Made by a program: the position numbers and the translations under genes. From the NCBI GenBank assembly GCA_031458695.1, contig JAVKJW010000028.1, positions 1-28,137 of the forward strand: a DNA stretch of 28,137 bases, given 5' to 3'. This DNA comes from Candidatus Thermofontivivens primus (GTDB taxonomy: Bacteria > Sysuimicrobiota > Sysuimicrobiia > Sysuimicrobiales > Thermofontiviventaceae). This document shows positions 16,729 to 25,080 of the stretch, piece by piece (position 1 is the first letter of the stretch; every line of letters starts with the position of its first letter). The notes below the pieces were generated by a model. The model was not told the origin of the DNA. It did no database searches and worked only from the letters and a program-made list of their open reading frames with translations.

Positions 16729-18375
16729 TTACCACACCCGTACGCCTGGGACCTGGAGGGTTGCGTGTGCCACAAGCGTGATGAGGAGTGGCAAGTACGC
16801 TACGGCGATGAGGGCTCCTACAGCGATGATCCATGGACGGAGCCCGTCAAGCCACCATGGGAGCCTCTCCACTTCGTGACGGGGCTTGGCCAGGGGGACC
16901 TCAAGTGGCACAGGCTCCCTGGACCGCCACACGGTTAACGCAATATTGAGGAAAAAGAAGATGGCACTGATCCCCAGGAGGACCCCTCCCACTGCGGCCC
17001 AGGAGAGGGGGAGGTTCCACTCCGGGAGGCGGTAGGGGGCGCTTCCCAACGCGGTGCGCCGAGGTGCGCCGAGCAACCCTGCCCAGCTCATCCCCCTGGA
17101 CATGATGGCCATCCCCGCAAACCACAGAAACGCTTGGACCACACCAAGCCTCCGACTCCACAAGGCGCGGCCACGCAGGGAGGGGATCAGCCAGTAGGCA
17201 ATCCCCATGAACGAGAGGGCGACTGCTGTGGCGACCGTCAGGTGGAAGTGACCCGGGACCCAGAGGGTGTTGTGGACCAGGAGGTTTGTGGTGTAGGAAG
17301 CGTTGATGATCCCGCTGATCCCCCCGAAAGCAAAGAGGATGATCGCAAGGAGTTGCGCAGCGACGCTTGGATCGCCCCAGGGGAGTTTCGCAATCCAGCC
17401 CAGGATCCCCCTTCCCCCTCTTCTCCTGCCGGCGTCCTCCAGTGAGGCGGTCACCGTGAATGCGGTCATCAGGCTAGGGACAGCTACGGCGAAGGTGAGG
17501 AAGGTATGAACGCCCTTCCACACCTCGGGCACCCCGGGATCGGTGAACTGGTGATGGAGCCCCACAGGGACGGAGAGAGGAAGGAAAAGGAGGAGGGCCA
17601 GCCGCGCAAGGGGCTCACTAAAGAGCCTACCCCCCGCTTGATGGGGCAGCAGCGCGTACCAGGAGAGGTAGGCAGGGAGAAGCCAGAAGTACACCAGCGG
17701 GTGTCCAGTAAACCAGAACAGGGTGCGCGAGAGGAGTGGATCGATCCCGTTGAGCCAGCCCAGAGAGAAAGGGATGAGAAGTACGACCACCTCAACGGCA
17801 ATACCGATGCTGGCGATGTCCCACATGACGAAGGTCACGAGCGCCCCGAGGGCGAGGAGCGGCATCATGGCCCCAGGGTTCAAGCGCCGCCACCTTCGAT
17901 AGGTTAAGAACAGGTTCATGGAAAGCAGCCACGTTCCTACCACGACGAGAGCAAGCCCAATATAGAACGCCGGGTGTGCCTTCATTGGGGCATAAAAGGT
18001 ATAGAGGACGCTGGCATTCCCGCTGAGGATGGACCACGCTGCGAGGAGCACGCCCACGACCATCACCCAGAATGCGCTCCAGCCCAGCCGGAGACTGTAG
18101 AGGGGGTGCTGTAATCCATAGACGAGGAGGAAGGTCAGCAACCCGCTGATGAAGAACGTCGTGAACACGAGGGCGTTCATTACCCCGTGGACTGTCAAGC
18201 CGGTATAGTAGTTCAACCTCAGGAACGGATAGAGATCAATTCTGGCGTGCTCCAGGGCCTGGAAGGGTCCAAAACTCGTCCCGATGAACAGGGCGATGAA
18301 AGAGGCATAGAGGTACCACAACACTTGTCGCTTCAACGCGGTATCCATGGGATGGGTGCGATGCAGCTCTTCCAT
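16729..18375 (-). CDS. cbaA: ba3-type (B-family) heme-copper oxidase subunit I
   Basis: HGVMNALVFTT (heme b His), LFWFTGHPLVYFWLLPAY (CuB His / cross-linked Tyr), GLHHQF, WVPGHFHLTV, GAPRR. ATG 18375 follows GAGGTGA. Confidence 0.95.
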   Translation of the reverse strand: MEELHRTHPMDTALKRQVLWYLYASFIALFIGTSFGPFQALEHARIDLYPFLRLNYYTGLTVHGVMNALVFTTFFISGLLTFLLVYGLQHPLYSLRLGWSAFWVMVVGVLLAAWSILSGNASVLYTFYAPMKAHPAFYIGLALVVVGTWLLSMNLFLTYRRWRRLNPGAMMPLLALGALVTFVMWDIASIGIAVEVVVLLIPFSLGWLNGIDPLLSRTLFWFTGHPLVYFWLLPAYLSWYALLPHQAGGRLFSEPLARLALLLFLPLSVPVGLHHQFTDPGVPEVWKGVHTFLTFAVAVPSLMTAFTVTASLEDAGRRRGGRGILGWIAKLPWGDPSVAAQLLAIILFAFGGISGIINASYTTNLLVHNTLWVPGHFHLTVATAVALSFMGIAYWLIPSLRGRALWSRRLGVVQAFLWFAGMAIMSRGMSWAGLLGAPRRTALGSAPYRLPEWNLPLSWAAVGGVLLGISAIFFFLNIALTVWRSREPVPLEVPLAKPRHEVERLPWWLDGLRPWIIAVGALIAVAYLPLLITLVAHATLQVPGVRVW

Positions 18376-18379
18376 GGGA

Positions 18380-18865
18380 TCACCTCGATGCAGATGCACT
18401 CTCCACGATGATGCGCCCCGACATCACTTGGTGCCCTATGCCACAGTACTCGTGGCAGTAGAAGGTATACTCCCCCGGGCGGTCAAACCGCACAGTCGTT
18501 CGGGTGATCTGCCCTGGGATGATCATGAGGTTGACGGGGGTTTTGGGGATCCGGAACCCGTGGATGACGTCCTGGCTTGAGAGGACGAAGGTTACCTCGG
18601 ACCCTGCCGGGATCCGCACCTCATTTGGTCGGAAGGTCCACGTCATGGCCACGAGGATCACCTCGTACTTCCCGGGGGCAATCTGCCGGAGTCCTGGCTG
18701 ATCAAAGGGAGGGGTCTGGGCAAGGCGGCGAGGGTCGACGTAGCCTGCTGGCCCGGGAAGGTGATACCCGAAAACAGTAACACTTGCAATGACCCCGACG
18801 AGGAAGGCGACAAGAACAAAGAGACCAAGGACAATCCATACCCGCTCATAGGGATCGATGCGCAT
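18380..18865 (-). CDS. cbaB: ba3-type oxidase subunit II (CuA)
   Basis: Single N-terminal TM (YERVWI), DVIHGF and CHEYCGIGHQVM CuA ligands. Confidence 0.95.
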   Translation of the reverse strand: MRIDPYERVWIVLGLFVLVAFLVGVIASVTVFGYHLPGPAGYVDPRRLAQTPPFDQPGLRQIAPGKYEVILVAMTWTFRPNEVRIPAGSEVTFVLSSQDVIHGFRIPKTPVNLMIIPGQITRTTVRFDRPGEYTFYCHEYCGIGHQVMSGRIIVESASASR

Positions 18866-18868
18866 CGG

Positions 18869-18982
18869 TTATCGCCCCCAGACGAGGTCGATGTAGACGA
18901 TTCCCCAACCTAGGATCAATAGCGCCAGGAAAACGAGAGTGAGAAGCAACGCACCGCGCGGGGTCTGTTCATTCTCCTGCAT
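18869..18982 (-). CDS. cbaD: ba3-type oxidase subunit IIa (37 aa, single TM)
   Basis: Below the ORF-track cutoff; translated by hand. GGAGG RBS, MQENEQTPRGALLLTLVFLALLILGWGIVYIDLVWGR. The P(K/R)GAL...W..VY pattern and the position directly before cbaB match Thermus CbaD. Confidence 0.85.
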   Translation of the reverse strand: MQENEQTPRGALLLTLVFLALLILGWGIVYIDLVWGR

Positions 18983-19478
18983 CCTGTGCACCTCCGGCCA
19001 TGCGTGTCCGTGCACGTCTTCGTTTTTTGCCCATCGTGGAGGAGGAGATTTCCATGCGTGTCCGTATCTTGCGGGGGGTGGTCATAGCAAGGTCGGCAAA
19101 AGTCACCGCATCGAGTTCCCGCAGGAGGACAGACTGCACATGACGCCATACCTGATGTACCGGACAGAGGCGGTCCAACGGACACTCTCCTGGGCGGATG
19201 AGGCAGCGGTTGAGGTAAATAGGGCCCTCTGCGGCTTCCACCGCTTGGCGCAGGGTGATGGTCTCTGGTGGCCGCTCCAGACGGACTCCACCGCCCCTGC
19301 CCCGGAACGTGCGGACAAATCCTGTGTGCGCCAGTCGCTGGACGATCTTCCTGAGATAGGGAGCTGGGATAAGTTGCCGGCGTGCGATCTCCTCAAGGGG
19401 GACGAGGGTCCCTCGTGGACGCTTGCTCAGCTCCAGAAGAACACGGATCGAATAGTCCCCTTCCCTGGTCAATTGCAT
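18969..19478 (-). CDS. Rrf2-family transcriptional regulator with three Cys (IscR/NsrR-like Fe-S ligand set)
   Basis: MQLTREGDYSIRVLLEL, YLRKIVQRL, RGRGGGVRL, ITLRQAVEAAEG, CLIRPGECPLDRLCPVH. Its stop overlaps the cbaD start. Confidence 0.9.
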   Translation of the reverse strand: MQLTREGDYSIRVLLELSKRPRGTLVPLEEIARRQLIPAPYLRKIVQRLAHTGFVRTFRGRGGGVRLERPPETITLRQAVEAAEGPIYLNRCLIRPGECPLDRLCPVHQVWRHVQSVLLRELDAVTFADLAMTTPRKIRTRMEISSSTMGKKRRRARTRMAGGAQDAGE

Positions 19479-19486
19479 AGGATCAA

Positions 19487-19509
19487 AATTGGACCTCCTT
19501 TGTCTTATT
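19487..19509. promoter_or_regulatory. Candidate Rrf2 operator AATTGGAC-N7-GTCTTATT overlapping the AAGGAGG upstream of the rrf2 gene
   Basis: Imperfect inverted repeat (6/8) with the GAC-N7-GTC core of IscR type-1 sites, in an AT-rich patch. An extended -10-like TGGTAATTT lies just upstream on the minus strand. Confidence 0.5.
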
Positions 19510-19636
19510 CTCAAATTACCACCATTCAGCAGATGTGCGGTATCGGGTGGAGGCTGTATTTTTCTTTTCGGGGGGACCGAGTACCTTCATAGAAGGCAGG
19601 GTTTGCCGAAAAACAAGGGAGAGGAGCGATGGGTTG

Positions 19637-20170
19637 ATGGAGTTCTTTGAAACGCTGCGACGGCGTGTTTCCACGCGGGCGTACAAGAGGACAGGAATCC
19701 CTGAGGAAGCTCTCTGGAAGATCCTGGAGGCCGCCAATAGCGCTCCCTCCGCGGGGAACTTGCAGGCCTATGAGATCGTCGTCGTGCGAGATCCCGTGCG
19801 CAAACGCGAACTCGCCCAGGCTGCTGTGGAGCAGTGGTTCATCGCGCAAGCGCCTGTGGTCCTGGTCTTCCTGGCAAATCCACCGCGGAGCAGCTGGCGC
19901 TACGGGCGGCGGGGAGCCGAGCTCTACTGCCTTCAGGACGCGACCATCGCCTGCGCTTATGCCCAGCTCGCTGCCACGGCCTTAGGGCTGGGGAGCTGCT
20001 GGGTGGGGGCATTCGATGAGGAGGCGGTACGCCGGATCCTGGACGCCCCGACCTCTCTCCGTCCTATCGCGATCCTCCCCATTGGTGTTCCAGATGAAAC
20101 TCCGGAACCCAGAGGCCGGCGCCCGTTGCGTGACCTCGTCCACGAGGAGCGATTCCGTTCCTCTCTCTAG
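19637..20170 (+). CDS. Nitroreductase-family flavoprotein
   Basis: RRVSTRAY, APSAGNLQ, LAATALGLGSCWVGAFDE, RGRRPL. ATG 19637 follows GAGGAG. Confidence 0.9.
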   Translation: MEFFETLRRRVSTRAYKRTGIPEEALWKILEAANSAPSAGNLQAYEIVVVRDPVRKRELAQAAVEQWFIAQAPVVLVFLANPPRSSWRYGRRGAELYCLQDATIACAYAQLAATALGLGSCWVGAFDEEAVRRILDAPTSLRPIAILPIGVPDETPEPRGRRPLRDLVHEERFRSSL

Positions 20171-20226
20171 AGTCGCTCATGAGGAGAGTTGAAGGTGCCT
20201 TGCATTGCTCAGAAAGGGGAACGTGG

Positions 20227-21630
20227 ATGTACGCAGAAGACAGTAGAATAGTGGACCGGCGTATCGTTTTGCTGATTGCGACGACTGCCTCGTTCTTGAA
20301 CCCCTTCATGGGCTCTTCGGTGAACATCGCTCTTCCCAGGATCGGCCGGGAGTTTGGGCTCGATGCCATCCTTCTGGGTTGGGTGACCACTGCTTACCTT
20401 CTCTCGGCAGGGGTGTTGCTTCTTCCATTCGGTCGGCTGGCGGATATCTATGGGAGGAAACGCATCTTCTTGTATGGGATCTCTGTGTACACCTTCTCTT
20501 CCCTGCTATGTGCCCTCGCTCCCTCCGCCGGACCCCTCATTCTCTTCCGGGTCCTCCAGGGGATCGGCGGTTCCATGATCTTTGGCACCGGCGTTGCCAT
20601 CCTCACCTCGGTCTTCCCTCCTCAAGAGAGGGGAAAGGTCCTCGGACTCAATGTCGCTGCCGTCTATCTGGGTCTCTCTGCGGGACCGTTCATAGGTGGG
20701 GTTCTTACAGCGCAGTTGGGCTGGCGTAGCGTTTTCCTGGCCATCGTGCCGCTTGGGATCTTGGAGATGGGTTTGATCCTGTGGAAGTTGAAGGGAGAGT
20801 GGGCTGAGGCAAAGGGAGAGAGGTTTGACGGCATCGGTGCTCTCCTCTATGGACTCATGTTCCTCGCGCTCATCTATGGATTCTCGGAACTGCCCTCGAG
20901 GAGGGGAGGACTCTCCCTCCTCGCAGGACTGATGGGAATGGTTGCCTTTGTCCTTTGGGAAACACGGGTGGAGAGCCCTGTCCTGGATATCCGGCTGTTC
21001 CAGCAGAACACTGTTTTTGCCTTCTCCAATCTCGCTGCGCTGATCAACTATAGCGCAACCTTCGCTGTGAGCTTCCTCCTGAGCTTGTACCTGCAGTACA
21101 TCTATGGCATGGATCCCCAAGGGGCAGGCTTGGTCCTCCTTGTGCAACCGATTGTACAGGCGATTTTCTCCCCCTTTGCGGGCAGGCTGTCCGACCGTGT
21201 AGAGCCCAGGGTGGTAGCTTCCCTTGGGCTTTCCCTGACGGTTGTAGGACTCTTCCTCTTGACAGGGTTGCGGGAGAACACCCCCCTCCCCATGGTCCTG
21301 ACAGGCCTCGTCCTGCTCGGTCTGGGGTTCGCGTTGTTCTCCTCCCCGAACGCGAACGCCGTCATGAGCTCGGTGGAGAGACGGCTGTATGGCGTTGCCT
21401 CAGCAACTCTCGGGACCATGCGGTTGACTGGGCAGATGCTGAGCATGGGGACAGTCATGCTGATCTTTGCGTTGTTCCTGGGCAGGGAGCCCATCACCCC
21501 TGAGCGCTACGGTCTTTTCCTGGTGAGCGCGAGAACGGCATTCGTGATCTTCGCCCTCCTGTCCATAGGAGCTGTTTTCGCGTCCCTGGCGCGAGGAGAA
21601 GTCCATCGCGAAGATCGGCTTGCGGGATAG
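20227..21630 (+). CDS. MFS drug:H+ antiporter-like transporter (DHA2, about 14 TM)
   Basis: SVNIALP, GRLADIYGRKR (motif A), FRVLQGIGG, GPFIGG, GRLSDR, FSSPN. Confidence 0.9.
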   Translation: MYAEDSRIVDRRIVLLIATTASFLNPFMGSSVNIALPRIGREFGLDAILLGWVTTAYLLSAGVLLLPFGRLADIYGRKRIFLYGISVYTFSSLLCALAPSAGPLILFRVLQGIGGSMIFGTGVAILTSVFPPQERGKVLGLNVAAVYLGLSAGPFIGGVLTAQLGWRSVFLAIVPLGILEMGLILWKLKGEWAEAKGERFDGIGALLYGLMFLALIYGFSELPSRRGGLSLLAGLMGMVAFVLWETRVESPVLDIRLFQQNTVFAFSNLAALINYSATFAVSFLLSLYLQYIYGMDPQGAGLVLLVQPIVQAIFSPFAGRLSDRVEPRVVASLGLSLTVVGLFLLTGLRENTPLPMVLTGLVLLGLGFALFSSPNANAVMSSVERRLYGVASATLGTMRLTGQMLSMGTVMLIFALFLGREPITPERYGLFLVSARTAFVIFALLSIGAVFASLARGEVHREDRLAG

Positions 21631-21657
21631 GGTTCGGTTCCTCGGCCTTGATCATGC

Positions 21658-21686
21658 TTGACAGGATTCTTCTGGCACGCTAGTGT
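21658..21686 (+). promoter_or_regulatory. Sigma70-type promoter of the ArsR/SmtB-P1B ATPase operon
   Basis: TTGACA (21658-21663), 17 bp spacer, TAGTGT (21681-21686). Confidence 0.75.
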
Positions 21687-21691
21687 TTAAT

Positions 21692-21705
21692 TGAATAATT
21701 GTTCA
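21692..21705. promoter_or_regulatory. SmtB/CadC-type operator TGAATA-AT-TGTTCA
   Basis: TGAA-N6-TTCA inverted-repeat core typical of SmtB/ZiaR operators, between the -10 and the regulator's start codon. Confidence 0.8.
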
Positions 21706-21714
21706 GGTGATAAA

Positions 21715-22086
21715 ATGATCACAGTAGAGCTCGTGAGGGGAACCCAGCACCGCCATGCAATCGACCCGGAGACGGTCCAAAGAGTCAAGAAGCGTATGAA
21801 ACCGGAGAAGACCATGACCCTGCTCGCTGAGACGTTCAGGACGCTGGGCGACCCAACGCGGGCAGCGATCCTATATGCCCTAGTCCATGGGGAGCTGTGC
21901 GTGTGCGACCTCGCAGAGATTGTGGGAATCTCCGAATCCGCGATTTCCCATCACCTGCGCGTGCTGCGCAACCTTCGCCTGGTGAACTACCGCCGCCAGG
22001 GCCGGAAGGTGTGTTATTCCCTCGCAGACGACCACATCCGCACGCTCCTTGCCCAGGGCCTCCAGCACGTAGAGGAACGGCTGTAA
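21715..22086 (+). CDS. ArsR/SmtB-family metal-sensing repressor (ZiaR/CadC-like)
   Basis: LGDPTR, ELCVCDLA (alpha3 site), SAISHHLRVLR, and alpha5 site DxH-x10-HxxE (DDHIRTLLAQGLQHVEE). Confidence 0.92.
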   Translation: MITVELVRGTQHRHAIDPETVQRVKKRMKPEKTMTLLAETFRTLGDPTRAAILYALVHGELCVCDLAEIVGISESAISHHLRVLRNLRLVNYRRQGRKVCYSLADDHIRTLLAQGLQHVEERL

Positions 22087-22096
22087 GAAGGCACAC

Positions 22097-24433
22097 ATGG
22101 TGACAAAGGAGCTGGACCTTCCTACAATCCTTCCCATCGACGCGAGGGCATGCGAACGCTGCGTGGCGGATCTGCGCCAACTCCTGAGCCGCCTCGACGG
22201 GGTGGAGGATGTCACAGTGGATCCTGCAAGGGGAATTCTGACTGTTCGCCTCGATCCTGCCCGCATTCCCCCCTCTTCCTTAGAGAGAGCCGCACGGCGC
22301 CTGGGAAACGCCATCGCCCGGCGATTCCGGCACGAGGTCCTAGAGCTCGAGGGGTTGGACTGCCAGGACTGCGTACTCGTCCTTGAACACACTCTCGTCC
22401 GTCTCCCGGGGATCCGCTCGGTCTCTGTACAGTACACTTCCTCCCGCTTATGGATCGAGTATGACCGGGAGGAGGTAAGCCGGCGGGCGGTTCTCAAAAG
22501 AATCCAGGCCTTGGGATACCAGATAAGGGAGGTGACGTTAGGAGGAGACCACAAGCAAGAGCTTGGGTTTTCCTTCCTTGCCGGCTTTCTCACCTTGGCG
22601 GGATGGCTCGCTGGCCTTTTGCCCCTTCCCCAGTGGGCATCTCCAGCTCTGTTCATTGCTGCGTACATCCCCGGCGCCTGGTTCCCACTTGCGGCTAGCG
22701 TCAAGGCGCTCCGAGCCCGGCGTGTGGATATGGATCTCCTGATGGTGGTTGCAGCATTTGGCGCGGGGGTGCTCAATCGCTGGGCAGAGGGGGCGATCCT
22801 CCTCTTCCTCTTCTCCCTTGGGCATGCCATGGAGAGCTATGCCATGACCCGGGCGCGCCAAGCAATTGAGGCGGTCGTTCGCCTGATGCCTCGGGAGGCC
22901 AGGGTAAGGCGAGATGGGGTCGAGGGAGTCGTGCCAGTAGATGAAGTAAAGCCCGGGGAGGTGATCGTTGTCCACCCCGGAGAGCGCATCCCGCTGGATG
23001 GAGAGGTGATCGAGGGGATCTCCTCAGTCGACCAGGCTCCCATCACAGGCGAATCGTTGCCTGTCCCAAAGGAGCCGAGGGATATGGTATTCGCAGGCAC
23101 CCTAAACCTGGATGGAGTGCTGGAGGTCCGAGTCACGCGTCCTTCTCGTGAGACTACCCTAGCGAGGATCGTTACACTAGTCCGGGAGGCTTCGGCCCAG
23201 AAATCCCCATCCCAGAAGTTCACGGAGAGGGTAGCGCGGTATCTCGTCCCTGCCGTGCTCTCTGCCGCAGCCTCGGTTCTGGCGATCCCTCCATTGTTTG
23301 GGGTGCCATTCCACGAGGCGTTCTACCGGGCGATGACCCTCCTGATCGCTGCATCCCCTTGCGCTCTTGCCATCGCGACACCCGTTGCCGTTCTCTCGGC
23401 CATTGGGAGGGCGGCGATGTCCGGGGTACTTGTGAAAGGGGGGACTCATCTCGAGGAGGCCGGTGCCATCGATGTCGTCGCCCTGGACAAGACGGGCACG
23501 TTGACCCTCGGGGAACCAAAGGTGGTTGAGGTCGTTTCCTATGGCGTCCGGGAGGAAGAGGTCCTCCGTGTGGCGGCGGCAGTCGAGTGGCGTTCCCATC
23601 ACCCTTTGGCGCGGGCGATCGTCGCAGCAGCCCAGGAGCGGGGTCTGGAGATTTCTCCAGCGCACGACGTCCAGGTGGTGGCGGGGAAGGGGATCCTAGG
23701 AGTCGTGGGTGGCTCTCCCGTGGCTATCGGCACGGCAGAGCTGATCGAAGGATTAGGGATCAACCTGCCTGCGCGCGTACCCGCCGATATCGCGCAGCTC
23801 CAAGATTCCGGGAAGATCGCGGTGATCGTCCTCTGGGGTCGCCAGGTCCTTGGGATCATCGGTCTCGCAGACCAACCCCGGACCAGGGCGAGGGAGGCCT
23901 TAGATCGTCTCAGGGAGTTTGGAGTCCGCCGCTTGGTCATCCTGACCGGCGACAGCCCGAAAGTCGCGGAACCCATCGGGGCGACCCTGGGGGTAGATGA
24001 GATCAGGGCGGGATTACTCCCCGAGGAGAAGGTGAAGGCGGTGAAAGAGCTCCTTGCCAGGGAGGGGAGGGTCGCCATGGTCGGGGATGGTGTGAACGAC
24101 GGGCCAGCCCTGGCGGTTGCCACGTTAGGGATTGTCATGGGAGCGAGTGGTGCGGAGGTGGCGCTGGAGAGTGCGGATATCGCCTTAATGGACGACGATC
24201 TGGGGAAGCTCTCCTATGTGATTGGCCTCGGTCGAGCTACCCGCCGTGTGATCCTGCAAAATCTTGCCCTTGCCCTTGGGGTGATCGTTCTCCTTGTCCT
24301 CACAACTGTCCCTGGGGTTCTCACCCTGCCGGCGGCGGTGTTCCTCCACGAAGGGAGCACAGTCCTTGTCGCACTCAACGGCTTGCGCCTGCTGGCATAC
24401 CAGCCTAGAGAGAGTAGAGCATCCAGTAGATGA
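22097..24433 (+). CDS. Heavy-metal P1B-type ATPase with P1B-4 signature (SPC, HEGST) and two N-terminal CxxC HMA domains (Zn/Co/Cd-type exporter)
   Basis: CERC and GLDCQDC HMA motifs, TGES, ASPCALAIATP, DKTGT, HPLA, GDGVNDGP, FLHEGST. Confidence 0.92.
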   Translation: MVTKELDLPTILPIDARACERCVADLRQLLSRLDGVEDVTVDPARGILTVRLDPARIPPSSLERAARRLGNAIARRFRHEVLELEGLDCQDCVLVLEHTLVRLPGIRSVSVQYTSSRLWIEYDREEVSRRAVLKRIQALGYQIREVTLGGDHKQELGFSFLAGFLTLAGWLAGLLPLPQWASPALFIAAYIPGAWFPLAASVKALRARRVDMDLLMVVAAFGAGVLNRWAEGAILLFLFSLGHAMESYAMTRARQAIEAVVRLMPREARVRRDGVEGVVPVDEVKPGEVIVVHPGERIPLDGEVIEGISSVDQAPITGESLPVPKEPRDMVFAGTLNLDGVLEVRVTRPSRETTLARIVTLVREASAQKSPSQKFTERVARYLVPAVLSAAASVLAIPPLFGVPFHEAFYRAMTLLIAASPCALAIATPVAVLSAIGRAAMSGVLVKGGTHLEEAGAIDVVALDKTGTLTLGEPKVVEVVSYGVREEEVLRVAAAVEWRSHHPLARAIVAAAQERGLEISPAHDVQVVAGKGILGVVGGSPVAIGTAELIEGLGINLPARVPADIAQLQDSGKIAVIVLWGRQVLGIIGLADQPRTRAREALDRLREFGVRRLVILTGDSPKVAEPIGATLGVDEIRAGLLPEEKVKAVKELLAREGRVAMVGDGVNDGPALAVATLGIVMGASGAEVALESADIALMDDDLGKLSYVIGLGRATRRVILQNLALALGVIVLLVLTTVPGVLTLPAAVFLHEGSTVLVALNGLRLLAYQPRESRASSR

Positions 24434-24827
24434 TCCACCCGCTGGCCGCCACATAGAGCCAGATGGGAAGGGTGACGCGGGCGATCCGCTTGTGGCGGGC
24501 GAAGTCCCCCCGGAAGGCTCGGACCAGCGTGATCAGCGCCAGGGGTCCTACCGCGATTGCCAACAAGGTGTGAGAAGTGAGGATGAGGAGGTAGATGAAC
24601 CGGATCACTCCATGGCCAGCGAAGATCTTCGTCTGGAACAAACTCGCCCGGGCCATGTACACCACCAGGAACAGCCCGGCAAAAGCGGTTCCTACGAGCA
24701 TGCTGCGGTGGTGGAGGGTTGTCCTCCGTGTGCGAATGAAGGTATACCCTACGAGGATCGCCACGCCGCTGATGAGGATCAGCGTGGTGTTCAGGGCTGG
24801 TAGCCACGGGGGAGCGCTTGGTTTCAC
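24405..24827 (-). CDS. DUF420 (CtaM/YozB-like) membrane protein
   Basis: LPALNTTLILISG, HHRSML, FLVVY, YLLILTSH, HKRIARVTLPIWLYVAASGWIIY pattern, about 4 TM. GTG 24827 chosen as start. The 3' end overlaps the ATPase by 29 nt. Confidence 0.85.
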   Translation of the reverse strand: MKPSAPPWLPALNTTLILISGVAILVGYTFIRTRRTTLHHRSMLVGTAFAGLFLVVYMARASLFQTKIFAGHGVIRFIYLLILTSHTLLAIAVGPLALITLVRAFRGDFARHKRIARVTLPIWLYVAASGWIIYWMLYSL

Positions 24828-24833
24828 AGGATG

Positions 24834-24839
24834 AGTATA
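24834..24839 (-). promoter_or_regulatory. -10 element TATACT placed for a leaderless DUF420 mRNA
   Basis: Minus strand reads TATACT-catcct-GTG, with no Shine-Dalgarno sequence upstream of the start. Confidence 0.55.
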
Positions 24840-24941
24840 GCGAAATCGTCGAGGAAGGGCTAGAGCCTCAGCCTTGCGATCGTCAAGTGGCCTATACAAG
24901 CTCAGGCGGGATCCGCATGGTGGAAAAGCAAGGATAGGGTA

Positions 24942-24996
24942 CTTCATCTTCTCTCAACAAACTCTTCATAGGCCCTTCACAAGATTCTGCTAGGGT
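24942..24996 (+). promoter_or_regulatory. Four 11-bp-phased direct repeats (OmpR/PhoB-type box) replacing the -35, plus extended -10 TGcTAGGGT
   Basis: CTTCATC (24942), CTCAACA (24953), CTTCATA (24964), CTTCACA (24975); TAGGGT at 24991-24996. Confidence 0.55.
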
Positions 24997-25080
24997 TCCA
25001 ATTGGAGGTTGTTCGGGAGATCCTTCTTCTCCTCAGAGGGAAAAGAGGGAACTCTCAGGCCAAGCGAAAGGGTGCTGACC

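Noticed and set aside
25015..25075. Glycine-riboswitch-like words GGAGA...AACTCTCAGGC in the leader of the CCxHH gene
   Set aside because: The conserved GCCGAAG core and a second aptamer are missing, and the downstream genes are unrelated to glycine.
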